Shown one piece after another: positions 47,732 to 59,798 of a stretch of DNA of 64,000 nucleotides. This DNA is from Macrostomum hystrix (Eukaryota > Animalia > Platyhelminthes): the NCBI GenBank assembly GCA_950097015.1, contig CATNEN010000038.1:19344001-19408000 (forward strand), read 5' to 3'. How positions within the stretch are numbered: position 1 is the stretch's first letter; the number at the start of each line of letters is the position of its first letter. The notes under the pieces were generated by a model. It was given only the letters and a program-made list of their open reading frames with translations, was not told where the DNA came from and did no database searches. Made by a program: the position numbers and the translations under genes.

Positions 47732-49912
47732 TCACTGGCTTTCGCTAAATCGCAACTGCCGTTTAGTTCTCTGCGCGTTGCGATTCTGTTTAAGCAGTTT
47801 CTCGTTAGCCTGCAACAGGCAGCGACGCTCAGTCTTTGACATCCGACTGCCGCCAGGAACGCCTGGGCCTCTAAGCAACGGGGCGCCCAGATGAAACACC
47901 TGACGCAGGAAACAGTTCTGCTCCAGGTGAGTATTAGTGCCCTGTTGCAGAATCTGGCTAAAGAAATGATAACGAATCTTAGCTGTCCAGTCGTCTAGGA
48001 TAAGATTCTCGCCAGACGGGCCGAACTTGACCTCCTGGTCGGTGAATTCGCCCGTTGTTATGTAAGCGAAGATGTCGCGGAAATTGGCGCGCTGACGCCT
48101 TCGATCGGCTTTGGCGCGACTTTTAGCGCCATCGATGGACAACTGATGAATAGTCTCTTTCAGGTCCGGTAAGCGTGGCGGACGGAAACCGTCACCCTGA
48201 AATTGATTTACCGATTAATTTCTGCTCAGAAACTAAGAATTCAGAGGCTATGACAGATCATGGGATCATGGCAACAGAGGCTATGACAGATCATGGGATC
48301 ATGGAAACAGAGGCTATGACAGATCATGGGATCATGGCAACAGAGGCTATGACAGATCATGGGATCATGGAAACAGAGGCTATGACAGATCATGGGATCA
48401 TGGAAACAGAGGCTATGACAGATCATGGGATCATGGCAACAGAGGCTATGACAGATCATGGGATCATGGAAACAGAGACTATGACAGATTATGGGATGAT
48501 GGAAACAGAGGCTATGACAGATCATGGGATCATGGAAACAGAGGCTATGACAGATCATGGGATCATGTAAAGAATGGCCCAATGTACCTGTGTGTCCCAG
48601 GCGCCCTCATAGATGAGTGCAATGGCCTGGCCGGCCAAGATGCGGAGGTCCACATCGCCGCTCTCCAGAATCTCCGTGAATTTGCGCAGCTGTTTCTGCA
48701 GGGCGGTACGCACCAGATCTGGGCCGGCGAAGGTGAACAGCAGGCACCAGGCGTCGATTGCTGATTCGTGCAGGTCGCAGACCTCTGGCGAGTGCACCGG
48801 CACGCTTCCGTCGCCTTTGTAGCCGGAGGCGGCAAATATGGCCTCGAAGTTGGCCAGCATGTCGCTGAGCCTACCAGAGTCCGTCTGCGGACTAACGAAA
48901 GTGCCGAGTGCCAGGGCGGTGCAGGCGGCCGATCTGACGCGCAGTTCGGCGCCGCTCTTGTCAGTCAGGATGTTCAACAGAAGCTGCTTGAACTCGGCCA
49001 TGTCCTGTGTTAGCTCGTCGGCGTCTAATTGCAAGCAGAGCAGGCTGAATGCGTCTATGGCCAGGACCCGCTCGACGCCGTGGCCTTTGCGAGCGCAGCG
49101 GTCTAAGCCGCTGGTCAGGGTGAACAGGTGACTCCAGGTTGGCGGCAGATTCAGTACGCTGCCGCGCAACAGGGAGACGATGGCTGCGGATGGGAACCAG
49201 TCATATAGTTGGTCATGAGCACCCAGTCATATAGTTGGTCATGAGCACCCAGTCATAAAGTTGGTCATGAGCACCCAGTCATATAGTTGGTCATGAGCAC
49301 CCAGTCATAAAGTTGGTCATGAGCACCCAGTCATATAGTTGGTCATGAGCACCCAGTCATATAGTTGGTCATGAGCACCCAGTCATATAGTTGGTGATGA
49401 GCACCCAGTCATATAGTTGGTCATGAGCACCCAGTCATATAGTTGGTCATGAGCACCCAGTCATATAGTTGGTCATGAGCACCCAGTCATATAGTTGGTC
49501 ATGAGCACCCTGTCATATAGTTAGTCCTCTCCCACGAGTTGCAAAGTTGGTCATCTTCCACAATCAAAAATTATGACATCCAACTAGAAAGCAATGCGAT
49601 CGATAATATAAAGAGCTCACCTGTAAGAGTTTTAATTCGCGACTCGGCCCGTTTTTCGCCCAGCCTTTCCACCAGGTCGACAAGTTTCTCTTCGTCGCCT
49701 ATAGTTTCAACGGCATCGGCGGAGCCTTCGCCAGCAGAGTCCGCCATTGGCACATCAGATCCGGCAATGCTGGCTACACTCATCGCCTCGGTGTCATTAT
49801 CGTCTAGATCGGCTGCAGTCGCGCCAGCAACTACCGCGTCGCCCTGTCCTGGGGCCAAGCTGCGCCTACCACCAGCCATTGAATGACGCTCCTTCTTTTT
49901 CTGCTTTGGCAT
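47732..49912 (-). CDS. IFRD1: Interferon-related developmental regulator (IFRD1/2 family). Exons 49912-49621, 49183-48588, 48196-47732
   Basis: MPKQKKK start, EKRAESR, LLCLQL, RSAACTALA, LHESAIDAWCLL, LESGDVDLRILAGQAIALIYE, KSRAKADRRRQRANFRDI, HLEQNCFLRQVFHLG, KTERR: all IFRD family motifs. Confidence 0.9.
48242..48568. repeat. 33-bp minisatellite ACAGAGGCTATGACAGATCATGGGATCATGG[A/C]A
   Basis: Fills almost all of IFRD intron 2. Confidence 0.95.
49196..49523. repeat. 26-bp minisatellite CCCAGTCATATAGTTGGTCATGAGCA
   Basis: In IFRD intron 1, next to the acceptor. Confidence 0.95.
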
Positions 49913-51987
49913 TCTGCTTTGAAGCTTTGTAAAAAGCTATTTCAATTGAGCTCTGTTAAATTAGCTCTGTTGGTTGATAAGCTGGAGCTGGAAGCAAGCA
50001 GAGTAATACTTATTGTTTCAAACAAATCTTACATAAAAAATTTCATAGTGTTGAAGATTGGAGATGACATTCACTTCAACTAAGTGTGCGGCCCTTAAGG
50101 TAAATAGCAGGAGTAACTTTACCTAAGTATTTAAAAGTAAATGCTGCATTACTCTATTACTCATTATATTGCAAATTACATTACACAGGCTAAATAGTTC
50201 TGGTACACAAGACACCATAAATATTGTATAGCAGTCAACAAAATCAATAAGGGAAGTTTTTTTGCATCAAGTTAGCTATTTGTGCACAAAGTTATCAAAA
50301 GTCAGTTTGTAATCATTGAAGGATTAGTATTAATTAACATGTGACTACAGTAACATAAAACTGTTATGCTAGCATATTGTTAGCATTAGCATTATGTTAA
50401 CATAAAACATAGTTTCCACTATGTCTTTTAGATAATGTAGATAATTGGCAATATTATCTAATTTAAATAGGAGAAAAAGCCTCATTTACAAAATTAAGTA
50501 ATTTACACTAACAGAGCATGCAAAAATACACACAAAAACTCCTGTTACAATAAAACAGGTTTTTTATTATTATACTTTTTTGTAATTTAATTTGTCCAAA
50601 CTGCAAAACCTTTTGTTTACTAACGCTGTCTTAATGGGAGCTAAATTTAGATTATACCATAGACAACTGTGTTCATGCAAACCGGTTCACTCAAAATGAA
50701 TGAATTGGAAAAGCTTATTTAAAACAGTTTTTCAAACATTTAATCCCCTTGGAAATGAAATTAAGCTTAATAAAAAATATGTGTACAGATTCGGGACCAT
50801 TTGTGATCTTTTGGTGAAGGAATTGTGAAAATTGGTTGAGCCATTTGGAAGCTAGTTGATTACAAACATACTTACAAGATTTTAATTTTTAGTATATAAG
50901 AATTTTTTATGATGTAGACAATCTCTAAATTATATTTCTTAGAAATTTACCATTCACAATTTTTGCTTTACAATTTACCATTTGTTAAAATGTTAATAAC
51001 TTGTTTTATTGCATATAATATTAGTTTTTAACATTTGATGATGGAAACTTTGACTTCTGGTTTCATAATAAGTTTCTGAAATGCCAGGCGGCAGGCATGA
51101 AGCACGTCAGAGACCTGGCACTGAAACGCGCGTTTTGACGCTCCCCCCTCTTGGCCACTTCTGTGGTCGGCGTGGAGTGTAACTATTATTATTATTATTA
51201 TAAGTTATAATAGACAAACTAAGTTTTTCTGTATCCTTTAAGTCTTATAAGCCTTCTATGTCTAGTAGCATAAAATATCACATTAGTCAACACCTTTATT
51301 TGAAACCACATTTTACAACAATTGCTCTGGCATTGTTAGATTTTTACAGATTTTTAAGTGCAATATAGGCCTACCAAAAAATGCACAAATTTGTTTTTTT
51401 ATGAGACTAAGTTCTTGAAATAGTTCACAATTAGCAAAATTTGTTCAGCCTTAAGTGAAACTATACAAAGTGTTGACTAACATGGTATTCTGACTAATGT
51501 GGCATTTTACACTAGTAGTAGACTTTGTAGACAACCTTAGCTTAATTAAGAACTTATGTAAGAGTCATACCCCTATGGTCTAAGGCTAAGAGAGCTAAGG
51601 CTAATTTTGGAGTTATATTACTACTATGAAAAGTCCCTGTATGAAATTGCAGCATGAATTTAACATAAACATAAAATAAACATAAGCAATTACATTTCCT
51701 CCTTATTTCCTTGTTTCGCTATTAAATAAACCGAGTTCCTTAGTCCTTAGTCGGGTTCTTAGGTAGAACCAGAACAACATGGAAAATACCTATTCTCACC
51801 CTACTAAGTTAAGCTACCATCCCCCCCAAATACTCAGCTCACCGACCCCAAATCCAACAAATAGAGAGCTCAGAGGTCTGCTACAGCAGAAATATTAAAT
51901 GCTTAAAGAAAAGTAGGCTTCTTTCTCAAACCAGGTATCAACCCCCCAATTTTTATGTAGGCTTCTTGACGTAAGGTTCTTCGCGGG

Positions 51988-53940
51988 GTGGAAAAGCACC
52001 TAGCAGGGATAGACTTTGGTTTGGATTCGTCTGATGCTGCAACTGGCGAGGTAGCCATGGATCCCGTGGAGGATGTGACAATTGATTGTTCTCATGGTGA
52101 GCTTGTGAGCATGGATTACTTAGTTGAGTCCATTGTTGACAACGATGGTCTGTATCAGCTGTTGGTTGATGAGGACGAGGATTTTGTCCATGACCCGCTG
52201 CTTAGTGAGTCATCTGACGATTACGATGATGACGGCAAGGCTGATGATGGCGCAGATCAGGCTGTTGGTGATAGAGATGAGACTGGAGTTGGCCAAGGTT
52301 GCTCTGTGATTGATGAATTGTGGAAGATCTATCTTCTGTTTTGTCTCCCCCAGCGGGCTGTGACCATGATACTTCAGCTGCTCCTCCGACTGGGCCACGA
52401 CGTTCCTGCCAATTGTAGGCAACTTAAGAAGCGCAACATTTCCCACTTAACCGTTAGCAAGGAAGCCATGCCAGAAAAGAACTTTGCCTATCTTTTGATT
52501 AGTAAAAGCATTCTGATAGCCTTGAAGTCGATGGGTGTCAAGTTACGTAGTGAAGCGGACAATTTTCTGGACCTCAAAGTCAACATTGATGGCTTGCCAC
52601 TTTGGAAGAGTTCAAAGACAGAATTTTGGCCAATTTTGATCCAGTTCTCTAGTGCCGGCAGGCCCGTCAGCCGAGTCTATCCAGTAGGGCTATATTGTGG
52701 AGTTGGCAAGCCACCAATCGAGCCTTTTCTTCATAAGCTCATTAACGAGATCAAGGTTTTGAAGTCAGTTGGAATGATGATGCAGAATGCAAGAGTAAAG
52801 CTGGCCAATGTGGCATTCATCTGTGATGCAGTTGCTCGTGCTTACTTCCAATGCATTGCATCGCATACAGCCCATCGAGGATGTGGTTTCTGTTGGTCAG
52901 TTGGTCGAACACTTCTAAGCCGAGTTGTGTACTCCACTGTTTGTGGAGAGCCTCGCACTGATGAGGAATACAGTGCTTTGCGAGAGAACAATCAATCGTC
53001 TCTGTCCCCTCTGCATGAGATCACAGGGTTGCTAACTGGTTTTCCTCTAGACTATCAGCATGCTGGCATTCTTGGCATTACTCGCTGTCTTTTTTTCTGG
53101 ATGTTTAGTTTGGTCAAAGGCTTTCGGATTCGTGGTCTTGTTACTGCTGATCAGCTGACAAGGCTTTCTGATCTTTCTAGTAGCCTAGCCAAGTATATCC
53201 CCTCTGAATTTCAACGGCGCTCGCGGCGATTTGATACTGAATTAGTCCATTTTAAAGCCACTGAGTACCGTCTTCATTTGTTGTACCTTGGTTCATTTCT
53301 TTTCAAAGACATTCTGTGTGGCGTTTACTATGACCATTTCATGCTGCTGCATTTTTCAATGTATGTTTTTTGCTCTCCGCGGTTTAGGCATTTGAGAGAC
53401 CATGCTGCTTATTGCATCGAAGCCTTTGTTAGCCAAGTTCCTGTACTGTATGGTGAACATGCCGTGTCGTACAATTTTCATGCGATTCTCTATTTAGCAG
53501 AGTGCGTCAAGCAGTTTGGCGAGCTGGATAATTTTTCAACCTTCTCGTTTGAAGCCTATCTTAACAGGCTCAAGAGGCAAACAAAAAAGCTCGTTTTTTT
53601 CGAACACACTTTGTCTCAATTGCAGTTTATGCAAACTGTTTCCAGTCCCAGTAGCGCTGACCTTTCTTTTACCTCCAGGGCTCCCAACAACTGTGCTATA
53701 GTTGGTACAAGGGTGCTACTAATAACTGCAATGCACGGTGATGGCTCTGTCACAGGTCACAGTCTTAAGTTTTCACGCGATTTGTACAAGTATCCTTACC
53801 CAAGTTCCTCCCTAGGAATCGGCTACTATGTGAGGTGTCATGCTGCCCCTGTTACTGCGTATCCAACTGGCAAGGCCATTTGTATCCCAACTGACAATGA
53901 GTTCGTTATTATACCCTATGCCTCTAATACCAGTCCCTGA
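51988..53940 (+). CDS. CACTA/EnSpm (CMC)-type DDE transposase, probably decaying; first in-frame ATG at 52057
   Basis: NIDGLPLWKSS...FWPIL, FICDAVARAY...H...GCGFC, FPLDYQH, IPSEFQRR, FKATEYRLHLLY, SYNFH, LDNFSTFSFE: motifs typical of animal EnSpm transposases, some deviating from the usual consensus. Confidence 0.8.
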   Translation: MEKHLAGIDFGLDSSDAATGEVAMDPVEDVTIDCSHGELVSMDYLVESIVDNDGLYQLLVDEDEDFVHDPLLSESSDDYDDDGKADDGADQAVGDRDETGVGQGCSVIDELWKIYLLFCLPQRAVTMILQLLLRLGHDVPANCRQLKKRNISHLTVSKEAMPEKNFAYLLISKSILIALKSMGVKLRSEADNFLDLKVNIDGLPLWKSSKTEFWPILIQFSSAGRPVSRVYPVGLYCGVGKPPIEPFLHKLINEIKVLKSVGMMMQNARVKLANVAFICDAVARAYFQCIASHTAHRGCGFCWSVGRTLLSRVVYSTVCGEPRTDEEYSALRENNQSSLSPLHEITGLLTGFPLDYQHAGILGITRCLFFWMFSLVKGFRIRGLVTADQLTRLSDLSSSLAKYIPSEFQRRSRRFDTELVHFKATEYRLHLLYLGSFLFKDILCGVYYDHFMLLHFSMYVFCSPRFRHLRDHAAYCIEAFVSQVPVLYGEHAVSYNFHAILYLAECVKQFGELDNFSTFSFEAYLNRLKRQTKKLVFFEHTLSQLQFMQTVSSPSSADLSFTSRAPNNCAIVGTRVLLITAMHGDGSVTGHSLKFSRDLYKYPYPSSSLGIGYYVRCHAAPVTAYPTGKAICIPTDNEFVIIPYASNTSP

Positions 53941-54534
53941 AGTCCGTTTGTTTCTTTGCTGATCTGCTCTGCTAAGCGTTCCTGAATCAGCAAGTTTCAT
54001 TTGACATTTTTGCCCTTTGTAATTTCTCATACTGAATTACTTTTCCTATTCGGTCACTTATCACTGCCCATCCTGCTTAACGATTTTATAACTTAGAATT
54101 AAACTTCCGAGTATCATTCGGATCATTCATTAATCATTGTTATGTAACGTTTTTAACTATTGCGTTTTTTCTTTGTCAAAATAAAGTGGTTCTTGATCCA
54201 TTCTGGTTGTCTTTTTTTAAACCATGTAACCTGCACAACTATAATTATTTGTCACACATAACCATTTGGCGTTGGTTGTTTTTTTTCAAATCCAAAAGTG
54301 CAGCTGCGATTGAATTCATTCATGCAATTATTATTGTCTTTAAAACTGGATTAAAATGCTTTGGAAAACTTCTTTTTTGAGAGATGCACTTTTTGAACAG
54401 TTCAAATAAGGCGCATGAATGCCCTTCAAAAAAACATTCTGCCAGCATTATTGTAGTTCGTTGATCTAAATAAAGGTCCAGTATGAATGCTAAGCTAATT
54501 TGATAGCCAGCCTTGCAATAAACATACATGCAGT

Positions 54535-54675
54535 GACATGGAATATTTTCGGCATAATCCTGGAATCTGGGTGGAATTTTTATGCTGGAATTATTCCGGA
54601 ATAGTAGCCAGACATACATGCTGGAATTATTCTGGCTTTAAATTCCGGAATAATTCCGGCATGAGGAACACTGGG
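54535..54675 (+). mobile_element. Probable right terminus of the EnSpm element
   Basis: Cluster of palindromic subterminal motifs (GGAATTATTCC, GGAATAATTCC) ending in CACTGGG, about 740 bp after the transposase stop. No matching left end (CCCAGTG) was found. Confidence 0.55.
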
Positions 54676-55599
54676 ATAGCTAGAGGCCTAAATTTAAATA
54701 AAAAGGCACCCACTGTACTAGGCCCCTACTAATAATTGTAAGACCTAGTCTTAGTAATCTACCAAATATTTTTGAGCTCCAAAAATTCTTATCTAATTTA
54801 GTATTCTACACAATCAACATAACTAACTTGTAATTATAGTAGACAGTAGCTAGCTCCTAGCCTAGGGCAAACCCAAGCCCAAGGCATGTTTGATTTACTA
54901 TAGAATAAAATTTAATTAATTTTAAATAGAAGAAATATAAGAAATCACAATTTCAAGCACTTACGAAAAAAATTACTAACAAAAACGAGGTTTAACTTTT
55001 TAGAAATTAGAAAAGCTCACCCTTTTGTTGCTGCCTTAGCCTACTATGAAAAGTTACCTTAGCCTTAGTTACACAATTTTACACCTTATTATTCGTATAT
55101 CTTTACCTTTTTTGGAATGCTACTATTCCTAAAGCAATATTCAATAGTGGATAATAAAAAATATTTTGGTTTGTCCCGGTTCTACGATGGTTCTTCACAT
55201 CCAGTTTAAGTTAGCGGTAGAAATTATAAATTAAATGTGCAATTGTGTTTTTTAAAAACGTACCAGAATGGTTAGGTGGTAAAACAAATCGTGACTCAGT
55301 TTTGGAAGCTTGCGAATGAGCGTCACAAATATATTACTTTTTGAGGCGTCAGTGACTCAGTGTACATTTATAGTTACGTTTTTGCGCTCGAAATCTGATT
55401 GCAAGAAAAAAGCAAACGGAAAACAAAAGCAGTCACTCCAAGGACCACGAGAAGAATTCTTAATGTCTTATTCTAGTGGTCAATGAGTCGTTAGTTGCAG
55501 CACCTAGAAAGCTTAATTAATGGTGGACCAAATTTTGAAGCTTTACGGCAAGGGGTCAAATCGTGTATAGTTTAAATGTACGAGTCAGATTAATCCCGG

Positions 55600-56015
55600 A
55601 AGTGGACTGGCAATTGGAACACAATTTCGGATTCTAATGGAATTCAGTCTCCTTGTACGAGTAATTGAATAGCCACTTTACATATGTAGACATGTAAATT
55701 CTTTGTAGACAATATAGACAATTGGCTCTAATGCATGTTAATTGACTAAAAGACACGACTCCGTACCAAGGACCACTAGGAGTCCTAGTTGTGCTTGCTC
55801 CGTACACGTATATATTGTAAACGTTACAGTTAAGCAGTTCACATTTTCGACCCACAAAATAAGCACATGGAATCTTAACTGCTAGATTTCTGTCTAACCA
55901 AGAAATTCTTTCAACATGAAATTCACACATACGCTGTTTTTGCCCAAAACAACGAGCCACACTTTCTTCCGCACGCAGCAGATATATTCGCAAAATGAGA
56001 ATCGGTGCCTTCAGA
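55600..56015 (-). pseudogene. Possible Mutator-like (MULE) transposase remnant
   Basis: Across a frameshift the minus strand reads TDSHFANISAA...CFGQKQRMCEFHVERISW, resembling the MULE TD...A...F...CxFH...W motif. Confidence 0.4.
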
Positions 56016-56239
56016 AAAATATCAGTTAATGATCGTGGACGCTAAAACGGATATTGATCGAGATTAGCCAGTTTAATTAAAATTTAGAAACTTCAGGAAT
56101 ATTTATTGTTCCTGCAATAAAAAATAATTTCTGCCCTCTCTGAAAAGTACATGTAATGTGTAGTTTTCACGATTCGAAGTGTTCGGCAGTTAGCTATTGT
56201 AGTTAGACAACATGTTTTTTATGATTGCCAATTAAATAA

Positions 56240-56700
56240 TCAAGTCGCCTGATCTTCAGACCGCCGAGATATTCAATGTTTCTGGCAGCGGGTCTACAGT
56301 GGTCCTTGGTATATTTCATACACCTCTGTACACGAATTAGCACTGCACCTCAGTGTGCGGTCTTGCCAGGCCTTTAAAATTTATCAGCATGTCACCCGAA
56401 TGTGCCTGTATCATCTCCTGCATCTTCGGTGGTCACACACCTTTATCTAGACGGACTATGGACCTTCAAGGGCTACAACAGGTGGAAAATGATGTAGGCC
56501 ACTATGGACACCTGACGCGAATTTCTCCAATTTCACTGATGAAGCCTAAATATTAGGCGCAGCTCATCTACAGGACGCCATCGCCTAGTCTGTCAAGCAA
56601 TCAGTCACCACCCAACGCCATTTGCATTCTGGCGCTGCCAAAAAATTATTGGGGGGGGGGGGTAAACCACCCTTGGTATATACACGGGCGGCAAATTGGC
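56240..56700 (+). mobile_element. Dispersed repeat family C, longest copy
   Basis: Colinear similarity to the two other copies in the window. Confidence 0.7.
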
Positions 56701-57219
56701 ATTGTATTCCTTCTGTCCTCCTTGTTAAGAAAAGGAAATTTAGTTTATATGCTATTTTTAGTTCGTTCTATGCTGCTTGTTCATAAAATCGAAGGACTTC
56801 AATTTTGAGGCGCTGCACGTTTGACTGCATGGTTAAGATAGAGTCCTACATTATGAATCAACTGCAGGTGGAATCACCAGAGAAGGATTTTCTGTGGTCG
56901 GAATGCTTCCTTGATATCGTAAAAGTACACACGATTTGCCAACTTTCTATAGATTTTGGCTTCGAAGTCCCTATTGCTCCAGTGTAACGCCTATAGCATT
57001 TTTTATAGAAATCAGTTTTGGCTATCCAAACCAACCGACCTGGACTGCGAGCCTGAATTATGTCTGTGGGCCAAGCCAGCCTTAAGCCTTAGAGAGAATG
57101 CTAGTAATTAAGTGGAGAATTACGAATTTCTCATTTGAGTTAGCAACTCAAAGAAGAACCCAACGGGCTTCAAACGAGTGCAGTAGCAGTTAATGCTAGT
57201 TTGATCCGTATCGAGAGTA

Positions 57220-57630
57220 ATGAACGTCAACGGCTGCGTGCCAGATTGGGCCGACGCCAACTGGAAGGATTGCATTCACCGGTGGAAGAGGAGTCGGGAA
57301 AAGTGGCGCGCCGAGGCAGTCAAACTGCAGAAGCAGCTATGCGAGATGACTCGAACCGCTTATCACTGGCGTCAGCAGGCCAACATATTGAAATGCGAAT
57401 ATTGCAAGACTCGCGACGCGCTTGGCAAATGGCGTGCTGAGGCGATACGCTGTAGAGAGTCAACAAGGCTGTGGAAGATAGAGGCCAGCCGTTGGCGCGA
57501 TCAGGCAAGAAGCTGGAAGCAGCGCTGCGCTGAGCTAATGGACTCCAAGGACGACCAGATGATCGCCCTGATGTCTCAGGCGCGGCAACGCCAGTGCGCC
57601 CAGATGCAGTCGATGTACTCAGGCTGTTGA
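57220..57630 (+). CDS. Putative intronless orphan coiled-coil protein (136 aa) with a Trp heptad repeat
   Basis: ATG-initiated, GC-rich ORF in AT-rich surroundings. Trp at residues 15,22,29,50,71,85,92,99 all fall in one heptad register; KWRAEA occurs twice, 42 aa apart. No family recognised. Confidence 0.6.
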   Translation: MNVNGCVPDWADANWKDCIHRWKRSREKWRAEAVKLQKQLCEMTRTAYHWRQQANILKCEYCKTRDALGKWRAEAIRCRESTRLWKIEASRWRDQARSWKQRCAELMDSKDDQMIALMSQARQRQCAQMQSMYSGC

Positions 57631-58853
57631 TGCTGCAACAGTCGCTATGCTGCAGCAGAGAAGTTGCGTAAGACATGCATAAAAACTGACCAACAAAAGT
57701 TTTCGCGCACTGGTGTGGCTCAGCTTCACATATATGCTGACTATTATAAGATTTTCCCGAAAAGATTCTTCTCATAACCGTGGACTACATCCTCAATGTC
57801 TCGCCTATCTTTGTCTTAGCCCACAATTGTCACGCTACCACAACCGGCACACCAACAACCCCATATTTTTGTGCAGAAGTGAATTTTTCAAGCGGAGTGC
57901 TTGCTTTTTTATTCTCGACAAGTAAATTCTTCTTAGTCCATGCAACTCGTGTCAGGTAACCAACCCTCGGCAGGCAAGCTTATTTGGCATCTCGGTAGCA
58001 CGCAGCACAAACATCTTTCATTTTTGTGGCAACATGAGGCCATGGCCTTATTGTGCTCATATTCGCATGTATAAAAAATTACAGTTTGAAGCCGCATTTG
58101 TTTCTATAAAACTGTATTTGTTACACCTGTACCTCAAATACTATTAAATCTTTTGATGTTGCTCATTTTTCCATGAAAATGGAATGTCCAGATGCTATTT
58201 ATTAAAAAAATCTATTTTGCTTTCAAAATAAACGCGTCAAGACGCCGTCAAACTTAACACATAACGAATTGTATTGCACACGCTTTAATACATTAATTTT
58301 AACTTGTGCCATATGAGTAAACTTTACAAATATACGATTGAGGCTTGCATTAGTACCAAAGGAAGGAAAACAAACTTGGAACTTTTTTCTGAATTTTGAC
58401 TAATTGATTTTTTAAACTTGAGAAGTGAGCTTTTATCTATATTGAACCCCGAAGCTTCAAAACTACGGAGGATTTAGCCCCGCATGCTATTCAATTCACT
58501 GTGAGCGGCTGCAGAGCGGCCATAGACGGTTTTGACCCCCGAATTTTACACCCCGAGTTTACCCGCTATGGTTACTTGATTTACTATATTTACCACCGGC
58601 GACCCGGAGAAGCTGTCTATGGTAGAGAGTGGCGGAGAGTTTGTTCAGAGAGTGGCAGAGACAAAAAACATACCAAGTTATTCCTTTTTGCATCCAAATA
58701 AACATTGCGAGCACTTGAAGTTAAGAGCGAAGCAGTGCCAGAAGTCAACGATTCTCTGGATGACATTATAGAACCGGATACATAGTCTGTTAGTAGCTGC
58801 ATGGAAAGAAAAGCGGTCATTTATTCTAGCATGAGCCAATGACCACTTGGATC

Positions 58854-59371
58854 GTAGAAGGACGGGAAACAACGTTTCTTAGAAAAAAAGGCTGGTTTTA
58901 ACGAAAAAAAGACACTACGGAGATGGGAAATTTTTCACTTTTTCATATTGAAATGGTGACAGCTTTTGATTGAAAGCAGAAAAAAAAGTTTTTCGTTTAT
59001 TATAACTGGCGTAACATTTTGCTCTACCGATTATTATATAAACGATTTGTACATAAAATCTAGATCTTCATAGGGTTTTGTTTACTAAATAACTTTAACA
59101 TAGGGCTGAAATGTAATACACTACAGACTAGTAGAATTAGCTTGAACTTATAATTTTGTTTCTCTTGCAATTAAGTATAACTTTATTTGTATTTAACTTT
59201 ATTAAATAGTAAATTTAGCTATTCCTTTGTAGCTATAATTAAATAATCACCTACCTCACAGGACCTACAATTAGCTGTAGCCTCCAATCAAAAGTCTCCG
59301 TAGTGTACTTTTTTTTTCACGAAAACCAGCCTTTAATTTTTTCTAAGAAACGTAGTTTTCCGTCCTTCTAC
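58854..59371. mobile_element. Non-autonomous DNA element with ~70-bp imperfect TIRs
   Basis: GTAGAAGGACGG...TTTCTTAGAAAAAA...GGCTGGTTTT...CACTACGGAGA is mirrored at 59294-59371. No TSD identified. Confidence 0.7.
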
Positions 59372-59798
59372 TCCTAGAACGTCCTTGGCATGAGACGCAA
59401 ACGCATTTAATATCTCAGACCCAATCATGACTCATATGAGCATGTTTATTGTACACTGCGGTATATTTATGTATTTAAATACAAATAATCAACTAATCAT
59501 AGATTATAATGCTATAAGCGCGAACTGAATGACTGGGACACCATAGCCAAGCTTTTTATTGAAAAAAGCAAATTTCAAATTTATCGCACTCCAAAACTGT
59601 GGGTGGATCAAAGACGTGCCCCACAAGCAGATTGAACAAAAATAAAGACAATAAGCCAGAAAAAAGTGCGGTAATCTTTTGTGTGTTAGATAAAAGTACA
59701 AACATGAAAAAGTAGCTTCACAATTAGTGCATGTATACACTGTGAGTCTAACACTGGGATACATGTGTATTCAATGTGCCTGGAAACGAATTTATTTT

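Noticed and set aside
56530-56565. Hammerhead ribozyme (CTGATGA plus GCCTAA/TTAGGC stem)
   Set aside because: The required GAAA after stem II is GCAG in both family C copies, and the second copy lacks CTGATGA.
58500-58850. Possible coding or transposase remnant
   Set aside because: Short interrupted frames with no motif I can recognise.
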